Shown here: piece by piece, positions 18,441 through 27,257 of the stretch | How the letters are laid out: every line of letters begins with the position of its first letter | How positions within the stretch are numbered: the first letter of the stretch is position 1 | From: Bacilli bacterium | Lineage (GTDB): Bacteria; Bacillota_I; Bacilli_A; ML615J-28; CAG-698 | Assembly (NCBI GenBank): GCA_050953065.1 | Contig: JBMNLZ010000003.1 | Location: 288,001-352,000 of the forward strand | Reading direction: 5' to 3' | Length of the DNA: 64,000 nt | The notes under the pieces: model-generated | The model's database searches: none | What the model saw: the letters and a program-made list of their open reading frames with translations, nothing else | What the model was told of the DNA's origin: nothing | Program-made: the position numbers and the translations under genes

Positions 18441-19880
18441 TTATCTGATAAGAATAGAATCAGCAAATGATGTCGCATAGAAATCAACCTCAAGAAAATA
18501 TAGATTTTCTTGGTAATCTAAAGATTCAAAAACCTCAAAAACCAATGTGAATTCATATAATCCTATTTGGTTAATTTCTAATCCTATCCATGAATAGTCA
18601 TCAATTGGTTTTATACTTTTGAAATCAGTATATCCAAAATAACCACTAACATTTTCTTTTGCGTGATCATTTTCTAAGTAAAAGTCGTTTTTGTTATCTA
18701 GTGTATGATCATTACCAGTTGCTGTCTTCTCTATAGTGATGTTAAGTATCAAGTATTTTTTTCCTGAACTAGCTTGCATCAAGATTTCCTCGTGATTAGG
18801 ATTTTGAATTACAACTTCACTTGAGTAAGTAGCATTAGTTACCTTTAATAAAATAGTATTGTCCTTAAATGAAATATTGTCTCCTATATTAGCAAACGCA
18901 TCAAGAGGAATTATTGGTTGATAAAACGCATAAACATTGAATACTTTATTTTCTTCATAAGCGTAAAAATATAAATCCCTTAATTTAGTAGCTTTTTTAC
19001 CTTTTTCTGAAGTCCAATATAAAAATTTATATCCTTCTTTAATTGGCTCATCGTCGGGCAATTCAATTATTTGACCTGGACCAACACTAATAGGATTCAT
19101 CAATGTTTCTTGAGAACCTCCATCTAAATCAAATTGAACTGTGTATGGAGATGTATTTGATCTTAAAACAAGAAAAATGTTTTTTTGTACTCTTCTTAAG
19201 CCATCATCAATTGATAGAACCATTGTTTTATTACTATTTAGAAATTCCTCATTAAGCACAAATGACAATTCAACAACAGTTAAAATTCCATTTTTCATAT
19301 ATGGATAGAAGGGTTCAAATGTATCTGGATTCGCTTCAATAGTTCTTCCTTCTTCACTAGTAGCATTATCTATGATACCAATAACATAATCCCCAGCAAA
19401 GCTAAGGGTTTCTTCTATAACGTTTATATCTCCACCTACCACACCCGATGCCATTGCGGACACAGTAGCTTTCGCCAAACTCTCAATAAAGACTGACATT
19501 GGTGAACCTGCATATTTATCAACAAGTCTTAGTTCAAACATTTCAGGTCGGATTACTTGTTGATTTACGTTAAAATCTGTATTCCATTGTTCGATTCTTA
19601 GTTGAAGATTTAAAGTGTAGATATCATTTTCTTCTATAGCGTTTATTCCTACGACCTTAATATATATTTCATCAGCAAACTCAACTTCTTCATATAAATA
19701 CACGTTTTCTTTGTTTTCAGATCTTTCAGAAGGTTGATTATCTTGATGATTTACAATAGATAGGATTATTGCAATTCCAATTCCTCCAAAAAGTAATATA
19801 CCCAAAAAAATTCTTATTGAAAGAGAAACCTTTATAGTAAAAGTGTCCCATACTTCTGCTATCTTTTTAATAATTTTCAT
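18441..19880 (-). CDS. Membrane-anchored surface protein with InlB B-repeat (Flg_new-like) domain
   Basis: N-terminal TM helix; YTVQFDLDGGS...PIKEGYKFLYW...VYAFY B-repeat; flanking beta-rich domains. Confidence 0.7.
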   Translation of the reverse strand: MKIIKKIAEVWDTFTIKVSLSIRIFLGILLFGGIGIAIILSIVNHQDNQPSERSENKENVYLYEEVEFADEIYIKVVGINAIEENDIYTLNLQLRIEQWNTDFNVNQQVIRPEMFELRLVDKYAGSPMSVFIESLAKATVSAMASGVVGGDINVIEETLSFAGDYVIGIIDNATSEEGRTIEANPDTFEPFYPYMKNGILTVVELSFVLNEEFLNSNKTMVLSIDDGLRRVQKNIFLVLRSNTSPYTVQFDLDGGSQETLMNPISVGPGQIIELPDDEPIKEGYKFLYWTSEKGKKATKLRDLYFYAYEENKVFNVYAFYQPIIPLDAFANIGDNISFKDNTILLKVTNATYSSEVVIQNPNHEEILMQASSGKKYLILNITIEKTATGNDHTLDNKNDFYLENDHAKENVSGYFGYTDFKSIKPIDDYSWIGLEINQIGLYEFTLVFEVFESLDYQENLYFLEVDFYATSFADSILIR

Positions 19881-19984
19881 AAATCATCACCCTTCCATTA
19901 AATAAATATTATACTTTCCTTTTTAACTCAAAACATATACTTATATATTATCAAAATAATGGTCTATCCATATTCATAGCTTAT

Positions 19985-20827
19985 TTATTCGCTATCCTCC
20001 TCACTAAATTCATCTGGCAATCCAAAGAAATCACAAAGAACTAAGTAAGCAGCATATCTTTTAGCTTCTTTCTTTGACGTTGCATATGCAGTGTGCTTCA
20101 TTGCCCAGCTTCTTACATAACAGGTACATTCCCACATCAATCTTCCATCACGCATTAACACTTGTTCATCTGGTTGGTCGTATTCAGGAATGGAACATCT
20201 ACCTTTTTCTGCTAGTTCTTTTAAGGTAGTTACTGCGTTGTTTAACTGAAACTTTGATGGTCTTGGTTCTTCTGTGTCGACATCTGCTAGGAAGTCTTCT
20301 ATACGAAGTATAACTTCAACCATGTTTTGAAGTTCATCAGGATTCCAATCGCTATCAATAGCAGCTGCTCCAAGTATAGCTTCAAAGAGATCAGCTTTTA
20401 CTTTGGTGAGATTATCTTTAAACTTTGGATTTTCTAGGTCTGTATCACCTAAATACATAAACTTGAATAGTCCTAGTTTATCAATTCTTTTTGCGAGTGT
20501 TTCATTTGATACTATTTGTTTCTTTAATTCTGTAAAATCAGCTTCATTTTTGTGAGCTACGATGCAGTACTCATCAAGGTCATTCTCTTCATCATAGTAA
20601 TCCGATTGAGATTTCACAAATCCAAATCTATCAGCGATCACTTTTGTTACATAAAAATCCAGAATTTTGTCGCCTAGAAATTCCAGAACTTCATTGTTTT
20701 CACCACCATGTTGTGATGAGTAAGAGCTACGAGTGAAAGCTTGTAAAAGCAAGTCTTCATTATTAAACCAGTAGCCAATTTTCTTTTGCACATCATCTAA
20801 ATGTTCCATTAAATCTTGTGTTTTCAT
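19985..20827 (-). CDS. Ribonuclease III family protein with C-terminal dsRNA-binding domain (prophage cargo)
   Basis: LLLQAFTRSSY, signature NEVLEFLGD, ADLFEAILGA (catalytic E/D retained); C-terminal TLKELAEK...SKKEAKRYAA dsRBD. Confidence 0.9.
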   Translation of the reverse strand: MKTQDLMEHLDDVQKKIGYWFNNEDLLLQAFTRSSYSSQHGGENNEVLEFLGDKILDFYVTKVIADRFGFVKSQSDYYDEENDLDEYCIVAHKNEADFTELKKQIVSNETLAKRIDKLGLFKFMYLGDTDLENPKFKDNLTKVKADLFEAILGAAAIDSDWNPDELQNMVEVILRIEDFLADVDTEEPRPSKFQLNNAVTTLKELAEKGRCSIPEYDQPDEQVLMRDGRLMWECTCYVRSWAMKHTAYATSKKEAKRYAAYLVLCDFFGLPDEFSEEDSE

Positions 20828-21060
20828 TTTTATTCCTCCATTTTATTTTATTGTCCGAGAGGAAACAAAAAAGACCTATGGCCGATAAGGATACCCACTC
20901 CTAGCAGTAAGTAGAGTAAACCCATTTGCTTAAGTCTTAATTAAATCAAAATAATATTTGTAAGTTTATATATCTAACCTTTCCCACTCGCATAGAGAAG
21001 CTTAAATAAATACCGTTACGCTGTTACTTTGAGGAAACTAATCCTTCCATCGGACACAAT
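20828..21060 (-). ncRNA. Candidate structured leader/ncRNA upstream of RNase III
   Basis: 5' arm TGTCCGATGGAA (21045-21056) is complementary to TTCCTCTCGGACA (20852-20864); internal hairpin AAGACTTA...TAGGTCTT followed by T6; begins just after a sigma70 promoter. Confidence 0.55.
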
Positions 21061-21061
21061 T

Positions 21062-21090
21062 ATTCTACCATATAAACTTGGTTTTGTCTA
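21062..21090 (-). promoter_or_regulatory. Sigma70-type promoter for the RNase III unit
   Basis: TAGACA-17 bp-TAGAAT with extended -10 TG. Confidence 0.7.
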
Positions 21091-21095
21091 TAGCC

Positions 21096-21123
21096 AAAAA
21101 AAAGAACCTGCTTAGAGGTTCAA
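21096..21123 (-). terminator. Terminator after the recombinase operon
   Basis: gaacct-ctaagc-aggttc followed by T8 on the minus strand. Confidence 0.75.
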
Positions 21124-21125
21124 TC

Positions 21126-22706
21126 TTATATTGTTATTTCTATCCCGCTTGTAAACTTAAAGGTTATGGTTTTATCTCTGTTAACAATTGCCTTTTCAAT
21201 CATTATCATCCACACATCATTTGACCATTCAGGCAGGTAAGTATCTGCCTTTTTTATTTCCTCAAGATAAGCCTTCATCTTAATTTCCTGTGATTGTTTG
21301 TAGGCTCTTTTTTCTAATGCTTTATCTAAGGAGTTTTTATTTGATTCATACTCAGCTGAAAACTCTTCATACTTCCTTGCAAACTCAGCTTGATCCTGTG
21401 CTGTTTTGGTGTTTTCTTTTATCAACTTTTCTACCAAGCCACTTATAACTGCCATCCTGTTTTGAAGGTCTATAATCTTAGCGTCCTGTTCTGAAGTGTC
21501 TGATAGAACTTGGATAATCTCTTTTATATCTTCTATTATTCTTTCCTTGCCCTTCATCACTTGGTTATATGCGATTACAAATTTTTCTTTAATCTTGTCT
21601 TCAGTTAATGCAGGAGTTTGACACTTGTCCTGGTTCTTGTTGTACTTGCAATTGCATTGATAAACCGTCCTAGCGTACTTGCTTGTTGAATGCCATATCT
21701 TTCTGCCATAGAACCCTCCGCAATCAGCACAGACTAATTTTGAGCTAAACACACTGCTTCCTGAATATGATGCACCAATCTTATCTCTTCTTAGTAATTC
21801 TGCCTGAACTATCTCCCATTCTTCTTTATCAATAATTGCAGGGTGACTGTTCTCTACATAATACTGCGGAAGGTGACCTTGATTCTTTTCTACTTTATGC
21901 TCTAAGTAGTCCTTCGTATAGGTCTTTTGAAGTAAGGCATCACCTTTATACTTTTCATTTCTTAAAATTGAATTGACGGTGTTTTTGGTCCATTTATATG
22001 ACCTTCCACTTGGTGTTGGTATATTTCTTTCTTTTAGATATTCTGCAATTCCTGTGCAGGTTTTTCCTTCCCTTAAAAATAAGTGATAGATTTTTCTAAC
22101 TAAAATTGCTTCATCCTCAACAACTATAATCTTGTCATTTTCTTTTGCATAACCTAGCATGTTGCTATAAGCCCAGCTGACTCTTCCTTCTTTCATTCCC
22201 CAGCGTTTACCAATTGTTACGTTTTGAGAAATACTTCTGCTTTCTTCTTGTGCCATACTTGCCATAATTGTAAGCAGGAATTCAGTCTTCTCATCAAGTG
22301 ACCATAGGTTTTCCTTTTCAAAATAAACCTCGATCCCTTTGGCTTTTAGCTTTCTAGTATAGAAAATTGTGTCTAGCGTGTTTCTGGCAAAGCGTGATAT
22401 TGATTTGGTTATGATAAGGTCTATCTTTCCTTCAAGTGCATCCTTAATCATCTCGTTAAAGCTTTCTCTTCTTTTGGTACTTGTTCCAGAAATACCATCA
22501 TCGGCATAGACCTTAACATACTCCCACTCAGGTTTTCTTTGGATAAATTCCGTATAATGTTTTACTTGAGCTTCGTAGCTTGTTGCTTGCTCTTCATCAT
22601 CTGTTGAAACACGAGCGTATGCTGCTACTTTTCTTCTACTTAGCTCATTTAGTGGCGAGAGTGTAGATGGATTAATTGTTGATGGAATAATTCTAACTTT
22701 TGCCAT
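21126..22706 (-). CDS. Large serine recombinase (integrase)
   Basis: AAYARVSTD catalytic Ser, YADDGISGT, KSISRFARN, recombinase domain, zinc ribbon CADCG, coiled coil. Confidence 0.95.
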   Translation of the reverse strand: MAKVRIIPSTINPSTLSPLNELSRRKVAAYARVSTDDEEQATSYEAQVKHYTEFIQRKPEWEYVKVYADDGISGTSTKRRESFNEMIKDALEGKIDLIITKSISRFARNTLDTIFYTRKLKAKGIEVYFEKENLWSLDEKTEFLLTIMASMAQEESRSISQNVTIGKRWGMKEGRVSWAYSNMLGYAKENDKIIVVEDEAILVRKIYHLFLREGKTCTGIAEYLKERNIPTPSGRSYKWTKNTVNSILRNEKYKGDALLQKTYTKDYLEHKVEKNQGHLPQYYVENSHPAIIDKEEWEIVQAELLRRDKIGASYSGSSVFSSKLVCADCGGFYGRKIWHSTSKYARTVYQCNCKYNKNQDKCQTPALTEDKIKEKFVIAYNQVMKGKERIIEDIKEIIQVLSDTSEQDAKIIDLQNRMAVISGLVEKLIKENTKTAQDQAEFARKYEEFSAEYESNKNSLDKALEKRAYKQSQEIKMKAYLEEIKKADTYLPEWSNDVWMIMIEKAIVNRDKTITFKFTSGIEITI

Positions 22707-24016
22707 TAATGATTCCCCTTTCTATATTTTTTGAGTGCATTTTGTCTTGCTTGTTCTTTCATTTCAGGTGTCCATGATTTACTTCTTGATCGGTCTTCCC
22801 AACAAATCTCTCCAGTCTTTCCATTTTTGAAATGATAAACTAACCTGTTCTCATTAAATGCCTCTATGTAATCAATTCTGTCTTGGACCAAATCATCAGT
22901 TAATTCATCAACTCCAAGAACCTGTGAGGTTATTTCATTCAACGTTTCTTCTGGTATAGCTTTAGATTCACATTCGCTTTTTCCTAAAGTATCATAAGTA
23001 GTGCAAACCCATATTTTATGGTTGCTTCTCGTACCTCTTCTAAAATTAGCACCACAAACTCTACACTTAACTAATCTTGTATAACGTTTTTTTACCAAGC
23101 TGATACCTTTATTATTTGATAATTCACATCTTTGTTTTCTTAACTCTTGAGCCATTTGATACTCTTCAAGTGAAATAATAGGTTCATGGTTATTATCAAT
23201 AACATACATATCCTTTTCACCTTTATTCCTTTTGGTTTTCTTTGAAAGATAATCTTCTCTATAAGTCTTTTGAAGTACTAAGTTGCCTGTGTAGTTGTAA
23301 TTCGTTATTATGTTTAGAATTGTTGATTTGTTCCATTTACCTCCTCTTAAGGCTTTTACACCTTCATTGTTTAGGATGTTGGCAATCATCTGTATTCCGT
23401 ATCCATCAAGGTACATCGTAAATATCCTTCTTACAAGTTCTGCTTGCTCTGGCACAACTACAAGGTTTTTATTAACTATTTTATAGCCATGCATGTCTTT
23501 TGCACCCCAGAGAATACCTTTTTCAAAATCTTTTTTAATTTTCCACTTTATGTTTTCTGAGTTTGACCTTGCTTCCTCCTGTGCAAATGAAGCTAAAAAT
23601 GTTAATACCATCTCACCTTCAGCACTCAATGTATGCAGGTTCTGTTCCTCAAAAAATACATCGACTCCTATAGTTTTTAATTCTCTAACTGTCTTTAGCA
23701 TCGTGAATGTGTTTCTTGCAAATCTTGATATGGACTTAACAATCACCATATCTATTTTACCTGCCTTACAATCGCCAATTAGCCTTTGAAACTCTTCTCT
23801 TGTATCTTTTGTTCCAGTCAACGCTTCATCTGCATAAATCCCAGCAAATTCCCAGCCTGCTTGCTCTGATATCATCTTGTTGTAATAACTAACCTGAGCG
23901 GCTAAGGAATGAAGCATGGCGTCTTTACCAGTTGATACTCTTGCATATGCTGCTACCCTAGTTTTCTTTTGTAACTTTGGTAGAACTTCTATCTTGGTTA
24001 TCCGTTTCTGATCCAT
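22706..24016 (-). CDS. Large serine recombinase
   Basis: AAYARVSTG, YADEALTGT, KSISRFARN, zinc ribbon CRVCG; TAATG-coupled to the second recombinase. Confidence 0.95.
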   Translation of the reverse strand: MDQKRITKIEVLPKLQKKTRVAAYARVSTGKDAMLHSLAAQVSYYNKMISEQAGWEFAGIYADEALTGTKDTREEFQRLIGDCKAGKIDMVIVKSISRFARNTFTMLKTVRELKTIGVDVFFEEQNLHTLSAEGEMVLTFLASFAQEEARSNSENIKWKIKKDFEKGILWGAKDMHGYKIVNKNLVVVPEQAELVRRIFTMYLDGYGIQMIANILNNEGVKALRGGKWNKSTILNIITNYNYTGNLVLQKTYREDYLSKKTKRNKGEKDMYVIDNNHEPIISLEEYQMAQELRKQRCELSNNKGISLVKKRYTRLVKCRVCGANFRRGTRSNHKIWVCTTYDTLGKSECESKAIPEETLNEITSQVLGVDELTDDLVQDRIDYIEAFNENRLVYHFKNGKTGEICWEDRSRSKSWTPEMKEQARQNALKKYRKGNH

Positions 24017-24230
24017 TTTTGACCTCCTTATTCGGTAGTATATATATCACTCTAAAACGATTATTTATCAAGTCATTTGTCCGATAAAGACTATCTTTTT
24101 TGATACAGTATTTACTCGCCAAAACAGACTCAGCTTTTAGAAAATCAGCATCGTTTAATATCCCTTTATTCTTCATTGCAATTAGGTGAACAAGCGATGA
24201 ATGGAACTGTTCTATATTTTTTGTAATCAT
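23958..24230 (-). CDS. Small SHOCT-like recombinase-associated protein
   Basis: MKNKGILNDADFLKAESVLASKY SHOCT-like helix pair directly upstream of the recombinases. Confidence 0.6.
   Translation of the reverse strand: MITKNIEQFHSSLVHLIAMKNKGILNDADFLKAESVLASKYCIKKDSLYRTNDLINNRFRVIYILPNKEVKNGSETDNQDRSSTKVTKEN
24038..24079 (-). promoter_or_regulatory. Conserved 42-bp phage promoter, copy 1 (recombinases)
   Basis: caaatgacTTGATA...agagTGaTATATA; near-identical copies at 45018 and 45574. Confidence 0.75.
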
Positions 24231-24616
24231 TGCTCATTACCTCTTTTCGCTCTACTTTTAACATAACAAGAGATACTACAATAAATTCTTTTGCTATTTC
24301 CATATGCCTCAAATTCAGAGTTGCAAATTGGACACGTGTAAGTATAAAAGGATTTTCTTGCTACTTCATCTCTATGCGAATTCCACCATGTCATTCTGCA
24401 TTTATCAGAGCAAAATTGACGCTTCTTTTTTCCAGGCGTTTGTTTGACTCTATTTCCACAGTTCTTGCAAGTTCCATATAAATCTGGATCATTATATTTT
24501 GCTGTACATACACTTCTAACCGCACTAGGCGTAATTGATAATTCTTTGGCTATTGCTTTATAACCATTACCTAAATTCCTTAATTCTAATATTTTATTTT
24601 TGAGTTCGTTTTTCAA
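24227..24616 (-). CDS. HTH plus zinc-finger DNA-binding protein of the recombination module
   Basis: GYKAIAKELSITPSAVRSVC HTH; CKNCG, FCSDKCR, CPIC, YCSISCY; TTG start behind GAGGAGG. Confidence 0.75.
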   Translation of the reverse strand: MKNELKNKILELRNLGNGYKAIAKELSITPSAVRSVCTAKYNDPDLYGTCKNCGNRVKQTPGKKKRQFCSDKCRMTWWNSHRDEVARKSFYTYTCPICNSEFEAYGNSKRIYCSISCYVKSRAKRGNEQ

Positions 24617-24633
24617 ATCATCTACCTCCTCAT

Positions 24634-24668
24634 AAGTCAAATGGGAAGTCGAGACGATTTTGCCAAAA
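24634..24668 (-). promoter_or_regulatory. Putative phage-sigma-dependent promoter, copy 1
   Basis: ttttggcaaaa-N-tcga-N-ttcccatttgactt, 35 bp, repeated with the same spacing at 56347-56381. Confidence 0.65.
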
Positions 24669-24674
24669 GAAAAC

Positions 24675-24706
24675 AAAAAAAGCCTACCAGACAACTCCGA
24701 TAGGCA
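24675..24706 (-). terminator. Terminator ending the late operon
   Basis: gcctatcgga-gttg-tctggtaggc followed by T7. Confidence 0.75.
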
Positions 24707-24726
24707 TTATGTTTTATTAAGTTCTT

Positions 24727-24999
24727 CTATTTTGTAAGTTGCTTAATAACCTGATTAGTACCTGTTGCAGCTAGTCCTGAAGCCGCACCAACAATAATGG
24801 CTACAAACACATTATCAGTATTTAATACACCTGGTATAAAGTAAAAGCTTACTATGCCACATATGATTCCAAGAACTGCAGCAACAAGTGGAATTAATCT
24901 TAGAAACTTCTCGTTGCTGTTTGTTGCTTTCTTGATAATATCAATGATCACATAGACTATCGATGTAATTACTGGAATAGTTATAAATGTATAATCCAT
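24727..24999 (-). CDS. Phage holin
   Basis: 90 aa, three hydrophobic helices, GAASGLAATGTNQVIKQ holin-type C-terminus. Confidence 0.8.
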   Translation of the reverse strand: MDYTFITIPVITSIVYVIIDIIKKATNSNEKFLRLIPLVAAVLGIICGIVSFYFIPGVLNTDNVFVAIIVGAASGLAATGTNQVIKQLTK

Positions 25000-25015
25000 A
25001 CTTTTTTTCCTCCTT

Positions 25016-25282
25016 TTATTTATGAGCTTGTTTGTTGAGATGAACTTCAATTTCTGAAATTGCAGAAGTCACTGGCCCATCACAACCTTGTTCTTTTAAA
25101 CCTTTTAAACACGCTAGAACACCATGAATAAGAATTACTTGTTCCTGTTTGATTTCCTTAATGTCCTCATCTTGTTTGTTTTGTTTCAAATACCATCTAT
25201 AGCCTGAAAAAAAGACACCTGAAATAATTCCAAGTGCCGTAATAATGGAGGCGATAGTGAGTATAAGTTCTTTTATATCCAT
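25016..25282 (-). CDS. Small membrane protein of the lysis module (holin-like)
   Basis: N-terminal TM helix, coiled coil, LACLKGLKEQGCDGPV. Confidence 0.6.
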   Translation of the reverse strand: MDIKELILTIASIITALGIISGVFFSGYRWYLKQNKQDEDIKEIKQEQVILIHGVLACLKGLKEQGCDGPVTSAISEIEVHLNKQAHK

Positions 25283-25301
25283 TGGAATAATCCTCCTTTA
25301 A

Positions 25302-25442
25302 TTAGTCATTTGTGTTCTTTACTTCTTCTTTAACTTCTGTCTTTTCATCGGTTTGTTGATCAGTTGGCTGTTTTGGTTTCTCCCCAAACAAAGCCTCTAA
25401 ATCAACAACCACCTCTGCAGACATTTCTAAATATTTTGGCAT
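25302..25442 (-). CDS. Small acidic hypothetical phage protein (46 aa, not in ORF track)
   Basis: MPKYLEMSAEVVVDLEALFGEKPKQPTDQQ...; AAAGGAGG RBS; fills the gap between neighbours. Confidence 0.65.
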   Translation of the reverse strand: MPKYLEMSAEVVVDLEALFGEKPKQPTDQQTDEKTEVKEEVKNTND

Positions 25443-25457
25443 AATTTTATCCTCCTT

Positions 25458-25877
25458 TTATTGTAGTGATACTGTTAGTGCACCTGCCCTAAAGATTGGA
25501 ATGTACCCAGATGGAACGGTAATCGATGTACTCAATGCACCCCACATAATTGGAGTTGTTGAACTCTTAGATGTAAAAATACCAAAATGAGTAATTGTTC
25601 CCCAACTTGCTAATGCTTCTGGAAAGAAAATAATACTGTTAGTGTTACTAATACTTCCTCCACTTGCAGCTTCCATTAGCATGGTGTTTGACTGATTGTA
25701 GTTTCCAATTAGAACTTTAGCATAGCCATTTGCTTCTGATGGTTCAGTAAAGTTGTCACCTGTTGCTGTAGGTGTAGTTGTTGAAAGTCCAATATAGCAA
25801 GTTGATGCTAAACTGATCTGGTTTGTCCTTCCAAAAAATGCATTTAAAATTGAGTTTGCTGTTGCGTTTGTAATCAT
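25458..25877 (-). CDS. Phage tail fibre/baseplate-associated protein
   Basis: YIGLSTTTP...GYA...WGTITHFGIF pattern seen in tail-associated proteins; position in tail module. Confidence 0.6.
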   Translation of the reverse strand: MITNATANSILNAFFGRTNQISLASTCYIGLSTTTPTATGDNFTEPSEANGYAKVLIGNYNQSNTMLMEAASGGSISNTNSIIFFPEALASWGTITHFGIFTSKSSTTPIMWGALSTSITVPSGYIPIFRAGALTVSLQ

Positions 25878-25889
25878 GATTTTATCCTC

Positions 25890-27257
25890 CTAAATTTCAT
25901 ATTTTATTAATCGTGATGCTGTTGTGTCTGTTGCACTTGTAAATTGCAGATCAAAGACTAGACTAATTAAGTTAGTGTTGGTAGTATAACCCGAATATAA
26001 TTTACCCCTAACTAAGTAGTCATTATTACCATTAGGACCATAGGTGTTTGTCCCAAAGTATGTTGTCGCTGATGAAGTTCCTAACTTTGAAGGCAAACAA
26101 ATAAATGGATTGTTATCATCCCAACCAAGAGCCTGAACACCTCGCCAGTTTGAACTAGTTGTAACGTTCTTATAGTAAGAAAGCTGTGATTTATTAATAG
26201 TTCCATTCTTATATGTTTCGATATCCCTTGATGTATAATATGCACCTGTTACGTCAGGCATCCAAAGTGCATCATTACCAACAAAGTCCTCAATCCCACG
26301 ATATTTCATTCGGTTATTCGCTGTTAAGTAACCAGTTAATGCTTCAATTGTGTTTGTTGCACCAGTTGCTTGGTTGTAACTTGAATAACCATTTAAAATG
26401 TTTGTTGCTCGCTTGTTAGCAAATTCTATAAGCCAAAGAAAAGTTAGAATGGTATGTTCATAGTTTCCATAAGGCTTATATCCCACACCATTTGCTTTCG
26501 CATAAGCTGTCCATTGCAATGGTGTATGGCTTTGACTCATAGACTTACCAGTTTTAGAGACCATCATATTATTTTCTTGATGTGATAAATATTTACCAAC
26601 AAGAAACGCATCTGATTTATACCAATTTCCAGAACCCTTTTTATATCTAGCCACAGCTATATCCGTAATATTGTCTTCCTCATCTGTTCCGATTCGCCAC
26701 CACATTTCAGGAATTGAGATAAACATGCTATCTTCAACATTAACTTCAGTCATTTCGTTATAAGGAAACTCATCGTCAAAGTCACTTGAAACTATACCAG
26801 TTGATGTATTAATGGCATATGTTTTACCAACCGAATCATCTGTTCTTGTTAAAGCTATCGCCGAGTCATACATTCCGCTTACACCGAATATCTTTGTTGT
26901 TATAACTTCATTACTTGTAAAATCACCATAATCTGTATGAACTACAACCATAAAATTGTTTATAGAACCTTCTGTTACTGAAGTATCGGAATAATCAATT
27001 AGAACATCCTCAGTTGATAGAGCATCGTGGTCTATAGTCTTTTCTAACACCTCATCCACATACAAATCAATTGATGATATTCCTGGTTGAACGTTGGTTA
27101 CTACAATTCCCCCTTCAGACTGCATAATAAAAGGATTATTGTAATACTCTTTTTCTACAGCTTCACTGTTTCTAAACCCCTCACCCGTTGCAATAACCTT
27201 TATTCTATGAAGTCCATAGGTTCTTATGTATTGTTTTAAATCTAAATTAATAGCCAT
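25890..27257 (-). CDS. Putative receptor-binding tail protein with C-type lectin (Mtd/FGE-like) C-terminus
   Basis: FLVGKY, LWLIEFA, YRGIEDFVGN, terminal SRL; position in tail module. Confidence 0.55.
   Translation of the reverse strand: MAINLDLKQYIRTYGLHRIKVIATGEGFRNSEAVEKEYYNNPFIMQSEGGIVVTNVQPGISSIDLYVDEVLEKTIDHDALSTEDVLIDYSDTSVTEGSINNFMVVVHTDYGDFTSNEVITTKIFGVSGMYDSAIALTRTDDSVGKTYAINTSTGIVSSDFDDEFPYNEMTEVNVEDSMFISIPEMWWRIGTDEEDNITDIAVARYKKGSGNWYKSDAFLVGKYLSHQENNMMVSKTGKSMSQSHTPLQWTAYAKANGVGYKPYGNYEHTILTFLWLIEFANKRATNILNGYSSYNQATGATNTIEALTGYLTANNRMKYRGIEDFVGNDALWMPDVTGAYYTSRDIETYKNGTINKSQLSYYKNVTTSSNWRGVQALGWDDNNPFICLPSKLGTSSATTYFGTNTYGPNGNNDYLVRGKLYSGYTTNTNLISLVFDLQFTSATDTTASRLIKYEI

Noticed and set aside
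20828-21060. Retron msr-msd (terminal inverted repeats)
   Set aside because: No reverse transcriptase is recognisable in the window.
25890-26100. Diversity-generating retroelement variable region
   Set aside because: I saw no template repeat, reverse transcriptase or Avd gene in the window.
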